A stretch of DNA of 64,000 nucleotides from a virus (taxonomy: Duplodnaviria > Caudoviricetes), in the IMG/VR virus record IMGVR_UViG_3300024252_000005. One strand, 5' to 3'. Below the pieces are notes generated by a model, which saw only the letters and a program-made list of their open reading frames with translations, did no database searches and had not been told where the DNA came from. The position numbers and the translations under genes are program-made. Position 1 is the first letter of the stretch. The number at the start of each line of letters is the position of its first letter. Of this stretch, positions 18,678 to 29,357 are shown piece after piece.

Positions 18678-19982
18678 ATGATTGAAGAAGTAAACAACTT
18701 TTTAGACAAGATGAATTCTTCTAGCTCTTCTAACAACAAGGTTGAGGTTATAAGAAATTCATCTAGATTAATAAGGAAAATTCTTTATTATACTTATAAT
18801 AATTTTATGCAGTATAATGTTACATCTAATTTATTAGAAAAAAGAAAAGATCTTTGCAATAACAACACTAAATTTAATTCTATTTTTGATCTGCTTGATT
18901 CTTTAAATCAAAGATTAATTACAGGTCATAAAGCCATAGAAGAAACAAACGGGTTCATTTACAGAAACAAAGAGTATAAAGATGTATTATATCTAATACT
19001 CAAAAGAAATTTGAAAATAAGAGCTTCAGTTAAGTTAATCAACAAGGCTGTTCCAAGTCTTATTCCGACATTTAATGTTGCGCTAGCAAACAAGTATGAT
19101 GAAAAGACAAAGAAGAAAGTTGATTTAGAAAAAGATGTTTGGTATGTATCAAGAAAACTTGATGGTGTTCGCTGTCTTATTGTTGTCGATGAAAAAGGAA
19201 AAGCAAAGTCTTACTCTAGAGCAGGAAAACAATTTCATACGTTATCCTTGGTAGAGAAAGAAATAGAATCATTAGGTGTTAAAAACGTTGTTTTTGATGG
19301 TGAGATGTGTATTGTCAACAAAGATGGCAATGAAGATTTTCAAAGTATAATGAAAGAGATAGGCAGAAAAGATCACACAATCCAAAAGGGTTTATTTCAA
19401 TCATTTGATTACATTGTCTATGAAGACTTCTCGAAAGGTTACAGTACAAAAAAACTATTTTCTGAAAGATTTTTAGCTTTACAAGATTTATTGCAAGATG
19501 CTGTTATCAATAACTCAATTAAACATTTAAGCTTTTTGCAGCAGACACCTATATTTAGTTTCAAAGAATTAGATGATTTTGCATCAGAAGCTGCGTCAAA
19601 TGGCTGGGAAGGGTTAATGTTAAGGAAAAATGATCTTTACAAAGGAAAAAGATCTAATGACATTTTAAAAGTAAAGACTTTTTTTGATTATGAATACAAA
19701 GTTGAGTCATTGAACTTTGGGCCTTTTAGACATATAAAAGAAGGTAAAGAAGTAGAAGAAGAAATGCTTTCAGCTGTAACTATAAAACACAAAGGAAATA
19801 CAGTTAACGTTGGAAGTGGATTTACCATAGATCAACGCAAACGTTTTTACTCCAAACCTTCAGAAATTCACGGTAAAATAATTACAGTTCAGTACTTTGA
19901 AGAATCACAAAACCAAAGCGGTGATTATTCTTTAAGGTTTCCAGTTGTAAAGGCTATTCATGGTAATAAAAGAGAAACATGA
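18678..19982 (+). CDS. lig: ATP-dependent DNA ligase
   Basis: KLDGVRC (motif I), FDGE, EGLMLR, ILKVK, VGSGFT, LRFP. Confidence 0.95.
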   Translation: MIEEVNNFLDKMNSSSSSNNKVEVIRNSSRLIRKILYYTYNNFMQYNVTSNLLEKRKDLCNNNTKFNSIFDLLDSLNQRLITGHKAIEETNGFIYRNKEYKDVLYLILKRNLKIRASVKLINKAVPSLIPTFNVALANKYDEKTKKKVDLEKDVWYVSRKLDGVRCLIVVDEKGKAKSYSRAGKQFHTLSLVEKEIESLGVKNVVFDGEMCIVNKDGNEDFQSIMKEIGRKDHTIQKGLFQSFDYIVYEDFSKGYSTKKLFSERFLALQDLLQDAVINNSIKHLSFLQQTPIFSFKELDDFASEAASNGWEGLMLRKNDLYKGKRSNDILKVKTFFDYEYKVESLNFGPFRHIKEGKEVEEEMLSAVTIKHKGNTVNVGSGFTIDQRKRFYSKPSEIHGKIITVQYFEESQNQSGDYSLRFPVVKAIHGNKRET

Positions 19983-20151
19983 TCCACATATAAATTTTAA
20001 AAAAGGTAAAATTTATAAATTTAAAGATGACTATGTTTTAGTTGTTAAAAAGTCTAGAGATAGAGAAATAGACAGAGTAGCTGTTTACTCAGTTTTATTT
20101 TCAGATGGTACTATAGATACAGTACCTGTGACATTAATAAAACCTGTTTGA
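19960..20151 (+). CDS. Small hypothetical protein
   Basis: Overlaps the ligase end and is followed by a terminator. Confidence 0.6.
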   Translation: MVIKEKHDPHINFKKGKIYKFKDDYVLVVKKSRDREIDRVAVYSVLFSDGTIDTVPVTLIKPV

Positions 20152-20157
20152 TAGATT

Positions 20158-20182
20158 AAGCCAGCTTCTTGCTGGCTTTTTA
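20158..20182 (+). terminator. Rho-independent terminator
   Basis: AAGCCAGC-TTCTT-GCTGGCTT hairpin followed by a T run. Confidence 0.85.
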
Positions 20183-20312
20183 GTATTTACTTCCAGGCTT
20201 AGATTTGACGAAGCAGGTGGCTGTATACGCAAGTAAGGTTAAATTTTAAAACGTTATTTAAATCAATTAAAAGTTATATAATATTTATACATAAATAGAA
20301 AAAGGTAAATTT

Positions 20313-23300
20313 ATGAAATTGTTATCTCTAAAGTCAGTCTACAAAAACTTATTAAAAGAAGCAATAATAGATCAAGGGTCTTTCTTAGAAAAGTTAGTTG
20401 ACGTAATTACTAAGAAACTAACAGATGAAAGTAGTTTTGGTAACTTATTAAATAAAATAATTGTAACGACTAAAAAGTCTAGATTGCTAGAATTAAAAGC
20501 AGAGCAAGAAGAAATTGAAAATAAAGCAAAAGATGCTTCTCCTACACAAAAAGCTGATCTGAAAAAGAGAAAATCTTTAAATAAAAAAGCAAGAAAAAAA
20601 GCAGAAATATCAATACATAAAAGTTTGCAAGACATAAAAGGTCTTAACGGTGATCCTATCGATCTAAAGAAAATGAGGCCTTTGTATGACAGTATTATCC
20701 AGCATCTATCAGCGCCTAAAGATGTAGATATTGAGCACTGCTTGCTTGCAGCTGATTACTATATGCAAGATTTTTATGATAACGCAGATGATGATATAAA
20801 GCAAAAAATTAATAACGGTAAAATTGAGTTTGATGAAATTCTAAAGACAACAAAATTTTATGAAAGATACTTTGAATTTAAAAGTGAGATGGGTACTTTT
20901 AACAATGAAATCATTAGTGTTTATGAGGACCATAATATAAGAGTAGTATACCCGGTAAATCCACATTCTTTTAACAACTTTATTAATTCCACGGGCATAA
21001 GCGTTTCATGGTGTACACAATCTCCTTCAACATGGGAAAGCTATAACTCAAGACAGTTTGTCATGATAGTACACGACAAATCAGAAGTTGAAGGTATAAT
21101 AAGCCTAAAGGTCAACTTTGACGGAAGTATTGACTATGATGAAACTTGTAATGTATACAATGAGCATATGGATAGCTATTCTGTAGGAATGATTTTAAAT
21201 GGCGTTGCTCAAGAAGAAATTAGAGAAAAAGTAAATAGTGGCGAAATTTATAAAGCTGATCCTAACCCTCTTACTGCTGAAGACTTGACAGAATACCTAT
21301 CAGGACTTCTCGATACAAATAATGTAACAGAAATGTTCTCAATAATGATTGCTTCAATGCAAGGCTCAGAAGACGGCACAATGCTTGTTGACGCTTCTTC
21401 TGAGCTTTTCAAGTATGCTGCTGAAAACAATAAGGTTAATACGGCACTCGAAGTTTATGCAGATGTTTTTTCTAGTTTGATATTCGATGGCTTTGACATT
21501 AGCACTCGATTTGTTAAAATACCTTTGAGGAATAATAATCTCGAAGATCAATTTAACAATATTCTTTTTGAAAAAGCTTTAAATAAAAGAAGCCATATAA
21601 AATATTTTGTAGCCATTGCTGAGTCTTTTCAGCTGCCAATATTATCTAAAAGTGAACTTGATAATAAAATAAAAGAAATTACTTTTATAGCTGCAAATAA
21701 AAATAATCCTGCCAACTTCAAAAAAGTACTTGCTGCAATAAATAAAAATAGAGAAATACGCATTATTGTTACTAAGAAAAACTTTTTTCCTGAATTTTTT
21801 AAAACTAAAGGCTTTATACAATACTTTAAAGAAAAGAAAGCAAGCATACGCGTTTTTATAGATAAAAAAGATTATCATAGCATGGCTGATAAGTCTGGTA
21901 ACTTGTTATCAGAATTAATAACAAATAATATCGATTCCTTTAATGAAACTCTATACGCTCTTCAGGAGTCTGGAGAAACAGAAGTAACTTCTGAAGACAT
22001 GGACCTTTCTTTAATAGCAAGATTTATAATTCATAAGTCTGCTTTTCAAAACTTTGATATAGAAGATTATGAGTTAGATAGACTTAGCACTGTTACTTTT
22101 GAAATAAAAGAAGATCAACTTAATGACATTGCAAGTGTTTTATACACAGACTTAAGTTTAGTTAAGTTACTTTGCAAAAGTCATCCTGATTTAAACGATG
22201 TACTTTTGCAACATTTTTATTCTAAAGTAAATAAATGGCTTGATAAAAACAGAATAAACAAGTCAATATCTTTTAGTAACCAATCTTCTTATGATGTACT
22301 AGTTTATTTAATTAGTAACTCTAAAGAAAAAGTTGAAAGAATGCATACAAACAATGGAGATGATATGCCTTACTTAGCAATTGCAAATTTTGTTACTTCA
22401 ACTTTACTTTTAGTTAATAAATTTGGAAAAGGATATAATCTAGGTACTAGCTTGACAGAAGTTTTAAAGAAGATAATGATTAATCAATCTTTCTTTAGAG
22501 GTATTTTACACAAAAATTCAGATTTTAATAAATTAAATCAAAATTTAACGCATAATGTACTTAACATAGCTTCAGATATCGATTTTGATGACTCAGTTAA
22601 AGAACGCATTAAAAATGAAATAAAAAAGTTAGAAGCTTTAAAAAATTTAAATAGTAATGAAAATAGATTTTTATTTCTAAGAGATCTTGTAAAAATTACA
22701 AGTATTAAAGAATACATTATTTCTTCATTAAATTCAAGCAAACCACCTACACCAGCCCGACATAGACTAGACTACGATGATTTAGTTGATTTATATTCCA
22801 TGTTTTATGTTGTTGCTAACAATAATTTAAGCGAGGACGTGTTATTAAACATGTTTAAAAAGTATGCAAATCTTGTCTCGCTCGATGATAGCTCTCATAC
22901 TCCTGAATCATTAAATCTACTAGACAACGGTGGAAGTAATATTATTAGTAGAATAATATCTTCAACAATAACAATAGATAAAGAATTTACAAAATCAATA
23001 GGTAGCCTCATACATAAAAGGTTTTTTCATAATTCAATGCATTTTGTAAGCTTAATAATAGAAATCGTTACAAAGTGTAATGAAAAAAATATTGGTTTTC
23101 ATAAAGAACATTTAGCAAAAGTATTTTACAGTCAGCAATTTAAAAATTACGCAAGAAGTACTAGGCATAAATTTTTAACAAACTTTATCACAAAAGGATC
23201 TGATGGCGAGGATAACTTTTTAGACACAAGAGATAGAGTTATAGTTAAAAACTGTTTAAGAGACGGTATAAAAAAAGCACCTAAATCTTTAGCACGAGAC

Positions 23301-23447
23301 TATGATTTTATTATGGATTTATGCGCTAATTTAGACGAGTACTCAAAATTCCAGTTAAGAACTGCATTTCCAAACGAAGAAAGAATAAAAAGCAAAGATA
23401 CTAACGAGGTATTAATTAAAAAGTACATAAAACTATTTTTTAGTTAA
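20313..23447 (+). CDS. Large hypothetical protein, putative virion-associated
   Basis: N-terminal LKSVYKNLLKE, C-terminal EVLIKKYIKLFF, internal SWC...WESY motif. Confidence 0.7.
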   Translation: MKLLSLKSVYKNLLKEAIIDQGSFLEKLVDVITKKLTDESSFGNLLNKIIVTTKKSRLLELKAEQEEIENKAKDASPTQKADLKKRKSLNKKARKKAEISIHKSLQDIKGLNGDPIDLKKMRPLYDSIIQHLSAPKDVDIEHCLLAADYYMQDFYDNADDDIKQKINNGKIEFDEILKTTKFYERYFEFKSEMGTFNNEIISVYEDHNIRVVYPVNPHSFNNFINSTGISVSWCTQSPSTWESYNSRQFVMIVHDKSEVEGIISLKVNFDGSIDYDETCNVYNEHMDSYSVGMILNGVAQEEIREKVNSGEIYKADPNPLTAEDLTEYLSGLLDTNNVTEMFSIMIASMQGSEDGTMLVDASSELFKYAAENNKVNTALEVYADVFSSLIFDGFDISTRFVKIPLRNNNLEDQFNNILFEKALNKRSHIKYFVAIAESFQLPILSKSELDNKIKEITFIAANKNNPANFKKVLAAINKNREIRIIVTKKNFFPEFFKTKGFIQYFKEKKASIRVFIDKKDYHSMADKSGNLLSELITNNIDSFNETLYALQESGETEVTSEDMDLSLIARFIIHKSAFQNFDIEDYELDRLSTVTFEIKEDQLNDIASVLYTDLSLVKLLCKSHPDLNDVLLQHFYSKVNKWLDKNRINKSISFSNQSSYDVLVYLISNSKEKVERMHTNNGDDMPYLAIANFVTSTLLLVNKFGKGYNLGTSLTEVLKKIMINQSFFRGILHKNSDFNKLNQNLTHNVLNIASDIDFDDSVKERIKNEIKKLEALKNLNSNENRFLFLRDLVKITSIKEYIISSLNSSKPPTPARHRLDYDDLVDLYSMFYVVANNNLSEDVLLNMFKKYANLVSLDDSSHTPESLNLLDNGGSNIISRIISSTITIDKEFTKSIGSLIHKRFFHNSMHFVSLIIEIVTKCNEKNIGFHKEHLAKVFYSQQFKNYARSTRHKFLTNFITKGSDGEDNFLDTRDRVIVKNCLRDGIKKAPKSLARDYDFIMDLCANLDEYSKFQLRTAFPNEERIKSKDTNEVLIKKYIKLFFS

Positions 23448-23498
23448 TTTGCAAAAATAGTTATATAATAAAAACATGTAACTTAAGGAACATATTTA

Positions 23499-24326
23499 AT
23501 GAAAAAGTTTTTTTTAATCATAGCTATATTATTGATAAGTTGTGCATCTGATCTTGACACTTACCAGTTCTACAATCCTGACTTCAGAAACAAGTCATAT
23601 CTAGATGTTAAACACGTCGGTGCTTCATGCGATAATCATTGTGTATACTCGAGTTATGCGGTAACTCATAATATACAAAATAAACATTATGATTGCGTTG
23701 AAGGTCCTTGCGCTTGTGTAAAAGAAGGTGACGCTTATACTCTATGCAGTATAGATTCTGAACCTGAAAATTTGTTGTCTAAACAATCTACTTCACAACA
23801 AGTCAACATTCAACAAAATGTTGATATTCCATATTATAATCAATACGACAATAAAAACTATCCTTACTCAACATGTCAAAATACTTCTATAGCTATGGTG
23901 TTAAGTCATTTCCAGTTCAATATTTACCCAGACGATATTTTTATGCGTTGGGGCAAAGATATTGCACAGTCACCGTCTGGTTTGAACTATATTTATAGAC
24001 ATTATGCATCTACTAGCTTAATAAATACTTATACAAATGCTTCGCCTGAAGATTTGAGAGGCGCTTTATCACAAGGTTACATTGTAATTGTTCACGGTTA
24101 TTTTACATCTTACGGGCATGTTTTAGTTACAAGATATTTTGACGGCCAACATTATTACGTAAATGATCCTGCTGGTAAATGGAGTGGTTGCTTTAAATGC
24201 GGGTATACAACAGGTGACTACAACGGTGTAACTAAATATTCAAAACAAGCATTTGAAAATGCTGTATTCACATCAGACGGAAGTTCATATCTTCCTGGCT
24301 GGATTCACTTAATAAAAGGGCAATGA
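23499..24326 (+). CDS. Lipoprotein with C39-like cysteine peptidase domain
   Basis: Lipobox LISC; TCQNTSIAMVL (Cys), YGHVLV (His), VNDP. Confidence 0.8.
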   Translation: MKKFFLIIAILLISCASDLDTYQFYNPDFRNKSYLDVKHVGASCDNHCVYSSYAVTHNIQNKHYDCVEGPCACVKEGDAYTLCSIDSEPENLLSKQSTSQQVNIQQNVDIPYYNQYDNKNYPYSTCQNTSIAMVLSHFQFNIYPDDIFMRWGKDIAQSPSGLNYIYRHYASTSLINTYTNASPEDLRGALSQGYIVIVHGYFTSYGHVLVTRYFDGQHYYVNDPAGKWSGCFKCGYTTGDYNGVTKYSKQAFENAVFTSDGSSYLPGWIHLIKGQ

Positions 24327-24327
24327 A

Positions 24328-25002
24328 ATGAAGTCATATTTTGGTCTCTGTTTAATTTTATTTATTTTCATGAACAATATATCATACGGGCAAAGTTATG
24401 AATGCGACAATAATTATGGTGACTGTGGCGCGCCCAATCAAAGCGGTGGAGGAGACGGCGGTGGAGGATCTGTGCTGATAGCAAATACAGATTTAGGCGA
24501 TACGTATCAAAATGCTGATGATTTTGACAACGATGGCGTTGAAGACCCAAGCGACAATTGCATGAGACTATCAAATCCAGATCAGTTTGATCGCGATGGA
24601 GATGGTATTGGTGACGCATGCGATAACTGTCTTCATGATTATAATATGCAACAAAAAGATTATGATGGAGATGGTATTGGTGATATTTGTGATGAAGACG
24701 ATGATGATGATGGCTTAGAAGATTTTGAAGATTCATGTCCAAAACAGTGGGGTATCTCTTGCGAGGAAATATTTATTGAATCTCGTCAAGAATATCAATC
24801 ATATAACTATACACAAAACACAAATGTAGAAGAAGCAGAAAAAATAATATTATTAAACAGGCCTGAAAGCTGTGATTCTTCTTCAAATACAAGCAATACA
24901 TTCTTATTTTTATTAACAATTCTTATTGTTTTGACAATAATTCTTTTATCTAAAAATAAAAAGCAAGAAACAGTAAGGTTTCTGACGAAACGAAACGTAT
25001 GA
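24328..25002 (+). CDS. Secreted thrombospondin type-3 repeat (Ca-binding) protein with C-terminal membrane anchor
   Basis: Signal peptide; repeated DxDxDGxGDxCD; C-terminal Cys-Ser linker, TM segment and basic tail. Confidence 0.85.
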   Translation: MKSYFGLCLILFIFMNNISYGQSYECDNNYGDCGAPNQSGGGDGGGGSVLIANTDLGDTYQNADDFDNDGVEDPSDNCMRLSNPDQFDRDGDGIGDACDNCLHDYNMQQKDYDGDGIGDICDEDDDDDGLEDFEDSCPKQWGISCEEIFIESRQEYQSYNYTQNTNVEEAEKIILLNRPESCDSSSNTSNTFLFLLTILIVLTIILLSKNKKQETVRFLTKRNV

Positions 25003-25307
25003 TTTGCAAGTCAAATAAGAATAGCTTAGCTATAATTAATAAAGGTATGTATAAAGATAATATATGTATTATACTAAAGAAGTGTGTGTATATAAATACA
25101 GAAAAATTAAAATATTATACAGTATACCAAAACAAAACTATCATGACTATTTCAAATAATTCGCTAACTTTATTGTAAATTAAATATTCAGAGTTATAAT
25201 TACGATAAGCAATATTAAGGTGAATAGAATGAAAATAGATAACACATCAAAAGAACCAATATTTTTAGCACTCATGTATTTAGTTATATTTTTTATACCT
25301 AGTTTTA

Positions 25308-25562
25308 TTGAGTTTTTATAAGAAAGGAATTAAAGTGAGCTTCATAGAAAAAGATTACCAACAATCTTTTATTGATCCAAAAACAAAAATTTTAAGTTTT
25401 CTAAACGAAATGAGAACTTTACTTGACAAGCACAAAGTAAAAATATACACTGCAAATTGTGAAGTATATATAGACGGGCTAGGATTTATTGGTAAGGTAG
25501 AGGATAACATAGAAACGTTAGATATAGTTGATGGCGAAGAAATATTGTATACTTCACAATAG
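25308..25562 (+). CDS. Hypothetical protein
   Basis: ORF only; start uncertain. Confidence 0.55.
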   Translation: MSFYKKGIKVSFIEKDYQQSFIDPKTKILSFLNEMRTLLDKHKVKIYTANCEVYIDGLGFIGKVEDNIETLDIVDGEEILYTSQ

Positions 25563-25584
25563 CAAAAAAACGCTCATTTAAAGT

Positions 25585-25935
25585 TTATACTTGTTTTTTG
25601 CAACATTTCTTTATCGGCATTGTTATTGTTAATACACCGTTCATTAAACTGGCAAAAGATTGCTTGCTGTCAACTTCTTTAAAAAGCTTGAATTTATTGT
25701 TTATATCGAAATTAAAATCAGCATCAAACTTTTTTTTGTTCGACTTAACTTCTAATATCTTCCCTTCTATAAACAATTCAATGTCTTTTTCTTCATACGA
25801 TGGCGCAAGACATTTTAGCACTACATTGTTTTCTTCTTCGTAAACTTTAAAGTTTACGAAGTTTGTATTATTATTTATAAGATCGAGTTCTTTTCTCCCT
25901 AAATACTGTGTAAATAAATTATCGATATTTTGCAT
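25585..25935 (-). CDS. Small heat-shock protein (Hsp20/alpha-crystallin)
   Basis: APSYEEKDIEL...LEVKS...ASLMNGVLTITMP. Confidence 0.85.
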   Translation of the reverse strand: MQNIDNLFTQYLGRKELDLINNNTNFVNFKVYEEENNVVLKCLAPSYEEKDIELFIEGKILEVKSNKKKFDADFNFDINNKFKLFKEVDSKQSFASLMNGVLTITMPIKKCCKKQV

Positions 25936-25995
25936 TTTATCTCCTTAATATCTTGTTATCTATAATTTAAACACAGAAATAAAAAATGCAACCCT

Positions 25996-26226
25996 TTAGA
26001 GTTTATTTTTTTTGTAATTTCTCACTAAATCTTTTATCGAAACAAGATCTATAGTGCCTCCCCAACTTTCTACTTGAATTTTCATTTCTTCGTAATTCAT
26101 CTTGTTAGTTTTAATAATTTCGCATATTTCTTCTTCATACTCATTGATATTATTGAATATAAAAACTTTGCTTTTGTTACCAATATCAAATACTTCATCT
26201 TCTTTAGTCACAGTAATTATTAACAT
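25996..26226 (-). CDS. Hypothetical protein
   Basis: ORF with AAGGAG RBS. Confidence 0.65.
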   Translation of the reverse strand: MLIITVTKEDEVFDIGNKSKVFIFNNINEYEEEICEIIKTNKMNYEEMKIQVESWGGTIDLVSIKDLVRNYKKNKL

Positions 26227-26277
26227 AACATGCTCCTTTTTGTTATGTTAATAAGTAGGTCTTACGTTGGCTTTGAA

Positions 26278-26514
26278 TTACTCTATTATTTTTCTATTCT
26301 CAGCAAATTCTTTTCTAACAAGTAAGAGCTTTTTTTTATAAATAATCCAAGCGAACTTATTATTTTCTTCGAGTTTGCCTTCGTTTTTACAATGAAAAAC
26401 AAGGTAAATTCCGGAATTTAACCATACGTTTACAACACTTTTGTTGACTTTGAAATCAAAACCTATTAGATCTCTATTAGTCTTTAAATGAACTAAAAAA
26501 CTACTTTTTAACAT
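26278..26514 (-). CDS. Hypothetical protein
   Basis: ORF overlaps the upstream gene. Confidence 0.55.
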   Translation of the reverse strand: MLKSSFLVHLKTNRDLIGFDFKVNKSVVNVWLNSGIYLVFHCKNEGKLEENNKFAWIIYKKKLLLVRKEFAENRKIIE

Positions 26515-26984
26515 TTTCTCGTATGCAGATCTGCAATAGAAGAAGCTACAAAAGAGAAAGGCTTTATTCTTACGTCAAAACCACATCCAGTTATATAACC
26601 CATTATCATGTTTTTATGTCTGGATGATTCATGAATTATATCGGAATTTACGTCAGCATGAACTTCAATGTTTGCGTTTGAAAGCCTTTTTTTTATTTTT
26701 ATGGCAACACCTATAGAGTCTGAAGTTTCTTTAAGAAGTCTTTTATGCAAGTCTAAAAAAGAGTCGTCTTTGATTTTTTCTCTAAAATAAAAATATCGCC
26801 TGTCATAATAGTCATTATTAAGTATGCAAATCGCTTTAGTGAAAACAAAACCAGTACCTAGTTTAACACTATCTGATCCTACTATTATCTTGTGGTTTTT
26901 ACTAGATACTACTTTTTCCAATATGTTTAAAATATCATCGATTGATATAGTTTCTTTTGAACCAGTTTTCCAAGATTTAGACAT
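26508..26984 (-). CDS. RNase H-like YkuK/DUF458-type protein
   Basis: IIVGSDS, EVHADVN, KPFSFVASSIAD. Confidence 0.8.
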   Translation of the reverse strand: MSKSWKTGSKETISIDDILNILEKVVSSKNHKIIVGSDSVKLGTGFVFTKAICILNNDYYDRRYFYFREKIKDDSFLDLHKRLLKETSDSIGVAIKIKKRLSNANIEVHADVNSDIIHESSRHKNMIMGYITGCGFDVRIKPFSFVASSIADLHTRKC

Positions 26985-27024
26985 TATATAATATTTCTTT
27001 TCTATAAACTAAATATTCTTTTTA

Positions 27025-27576
27025 CTAAAAACTTCTAGTGTAAATAACACTAACTCCAAATAATTTCTTTTTATACTCTTCAGCAGTTAGACCAGATCTT
27101 TGTATTTCTTCTTGCCAGTCTTTATACATGGCATAACCCAGCTCAGTCAGTTCTTCTTCTACGGGCGGATAATCAATAGGGTCATTAAAGCCGTCATCAG
27201 GTTTTTTCCATTTTCCTTTCTGTTTTTTGTCATTCGTCTTATAAAGCTTTAGCGTTTTCGGTGTACCTGAAAGATTGTTTGCATTTAAAATTGATTCGGG
27301 TGACAAAACAATTTCTACTTTATTGTTTTCTTTGTCAATTATATTACAGACGCATGTAAAGTTTTTTCTACCTTTAGTTTTTACAAACTTAATAAAAGCT
27401 TTTTCATGAAACTTAAAACTTTTTATTAAGTCAATTGCATTAGTTGAATTATAACTTCCATTCTTAATAGATTCAGTTATTTTATCAATAATAACGTAAA
27501 ACTCATTTGAATCAATATGAAACCATATCCACTTTTGACGTTGATTTAAGAATTTCTCTTTAATTCTTTCTTTCAA
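27025..27576 (-). CDS. Hypothetical protein
   Basis: ORF only. Confidence 0.65.
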   Translation of the reverse strand: MKERIKEKFLNQRQKWIWFHIDSNEFYVIIDKITESIKNGSYNSTNAIDLIKSFKFHEKAFIKFVKTKGRKNFTCVCNIIDKENNKVEIVLSPESILNANNLSGTPKTLKLYKTNDKKQKGKWKKPDDGFNDPIDYPPVEEELTELGYAMYKDWQEEIQRSGLTAEEYKKKLFGVSVIYTRSF

Positions 27577-27581
27577 AAATA

Positions 27582-27785
27582 TTACTCTTCCATTTCAGCT
27601 AATTTAACTTCAAACCCATAATTTTCTGATAAGTACTCTACAACTTCTTCTTCACATGCATCTTCATCTAGCTCTTTGATTTTTAAGCTTTTTGGAAGAA
27701 TTGCAATTTTTCTTACTTCTTCATATAAGAGACCCTCGAATTCTGTTCCATCAAAATCCCATATTATTTTTTTTACATGAATCAT
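27582..27785 (-). CDS. Small acidic protein, distant member of paralog family B
   Basis: IIWDFD...VEYLSENYGF resembles IQWEFD...TDALSDEYGW. Confidence 0.65.
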   Translation of the reverse strand: MIHVKKIIWDFDGTEFEGLLYEEVRKIAILPKSLKIKELDEDACEEEVVEYLSENYGFEVKLAEMEE

Positions 27786-27827
27786 ACATAAACCTTTCTA
27801 CTTATTTGATTATATATGGCCGTGCTT

Positions 27828-28112
27828 TTACTTTTCTTTTAATTTATCTATTTCAAATTGAATAAGCCATAAAGCCTTGTTCAAGTCTTCTGCAGTTTTT
27901 TCTTTGTTTTTCTTACCTGCGCGAGCAATATATTTTATAGCACTTCCTAGCTCAAAATTCAAAGACCAAGCATTTATAACATCAATTACTTCATGACCAG
28001 TATCTTTTAAATAATGTACAGGATGATCCACACTTTCAGTTTTTATTGTTTTCATACAATCACACATGATTCCTGCTTTACAGCTTCCACACCTTAAACT
28101 ACTTTTATTCAT
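27828..28112 (-). CDS. DUF3310-type phage protein
   Basis: VDHPVHY...AIKYIARAGKK...EDLNKALWLI. Confidence 0.85.
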   Translation of the reverse strand: MNKSSLRCGSCKAGIMCDCMKTIKTESVDHPVHYLKDTGHEVIDVINAWSLNFELGSAIKYIARAGKKNKEKTAEDLNKALWLIQFEIDKLKEK

Positions 28113-28164
28113 TGATTTAAATCCGTTCTTTTAAATTTATAACTATTTATTACTTGTTGTCTTG

Positions 28165-28779
28165 CTAAATTAAATCTTCTATAGTTTGAATTCCAAGATT
28201 TCGCAAGTCTTCTTTAGAGACTGGTATATCTATTAATTCTTTTTTTAATTTCAAATCTTCAAAGATGCCAGGCTCTAAACCAATTTTATGTGGAACACCA
28301 TCAAGATTTGAAATTTTTCCATTTAATACGTCTGCTGAATCAATATAAACTTTTATATGATAATCTAACTTTGAGCCTTTTGTTCTTAAATGAAAAACTA
28401 CCTTCTGTTTTGAAATAGAACCAAATCTCATCCATGCAAATCCTTCATTCTCGAACATATCAATCATGTTTGTATGTTCTTCAAATGATTTTGAAGATAT
28501 GTCTGATTCAAACAGTTCACTTTCCAGCGCTATTTTAATCTTGGACCAGACAATATTAGAATCAGAAACTTCTGTTCTTGCCCAAACTCTACCTCTACCA
28601 GAAAACATAGCTTTAATGCTTGAATTATTTGTATGACTAATATTAAGTGAACCGTTTATTGCTTCATTAAATATGTCTCTCAATATTACTAATTTTACTT
28701 CATGACTATTTTCTTCGAGCTTGACAATAACATCTTTTACTGCAGGAAAAATTATTTTTCTAATTGATTCAATATCCAT
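28165..28779 (-). CDS. Paralog family A protein
   Basis: FSGRGRVW, EGFAWMRF, FHLRTKGSK. Confidence 0.75.
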   Translation of the reverse strand: MDIESIRKIIFPAVKDVIVKLEENSHEVKLVILRDIFNEAINGSLNISHTNNSSIKAMFSGRGRVWARTEVSDSNIVWSKIKIALESELFESDISSKSFEEHTNMIDMFENEGFAWMRFGSISKQKVVFHLRTKGSKLDYHIKVYIDSADVLNGKISNLDGVPHKIGLEPGIFEDLKLKKELIDIPVSKEDLRNLGIQTIEDLI

Positions 28780-28821
28780 GTGATTGTCTCGCTTTATAAG
28801 TCAATTCTTTATTTGTGTTTT

Positions 28822-28851
28822 ATTATAAAATAAAATTAATAAAGTTGCACG
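28822..28851 (-). promoter_or_regulatory. Repeated phage promoter
   Basis: CGTGCAA-N17-TATAAT. Confidence 0.8.
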
Positions 28852-28854
28852 AAA

Positions 28855-29109
28855 TTATTTTCTCTTCATCATTTCATTAAAGTCTTTTCTAGACTCAGCA
28901 TATTTTGCTGTCATTCTTGCTGTAGGCTTCTTTATAATTTGATCAGATCTTCCCATTCTATACCCGCCGTTGACTAAACAGTGAAAGTTGAAATATTGAA
29001 TTTCACTATCTTTTTCACACCAAACTTCTTTTACTTCACCATATCCATAATCATTATGCGGACCTTTTAATATAACCCATATCATATCACCAGATTTCAA
29101 TTTAGACAC
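28855..29109 (-). CDS. Hypothetical protein
   Basis: ORF in a tightly packed minus-strand run. Confidence 0.65.
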   Translation of the reverse strand: MSKLKSGDMIWVILKGPHNDYGYGEVKEVWCEKDSEIQYFNFHCLVNGGYRMGRSDQIIKKPTARMTAKYAESRKDFNEMMKRK

Positions 29110-29116
29110 ATTTTAC

Positions 29117-29347
29117 CTACTTGTATAAAATAACATAAGCACCAAACCAAATATCAAATGTTTTGATTAAATCTTCGTAGCTTCCCATCATCATTACGCT
29201 TTTAATGTCTTTTCTAATTTTGTTAGGTATGTTAAGTTGTTTGCCTATATCATCAACTATACTAAGTAGATACATAGCATTTCCATTTTTGCCATGAAGA
29301 TCAATCTCTATTTTTCTATTTTCTAATTCATCTCTTGATTTTATCAT
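29117..29347 (-). CDS. Hypothetical phage protein
   Basis: IDLHGKNGNAMYLL...GSYEDLIKTFD pattern that I recall from phage proteins. Confidence 0.7.
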   Translation of the reverse strand: MIKSRDELENRKIEIDLHGKNGNAMYLLSIVDDIGKQLNIPNKIRKDIKSVMMMGSYEDLIKTFDIWFGAYVILYK

Positions 29348-29357
29348 CTAGTAAATC

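Noticed and set aside
20189-20240. Short GC-richer intergenic segment as an ncRNA
   Set aside because: Only weak 4-5 bp helices, no second copy and no recognisable family
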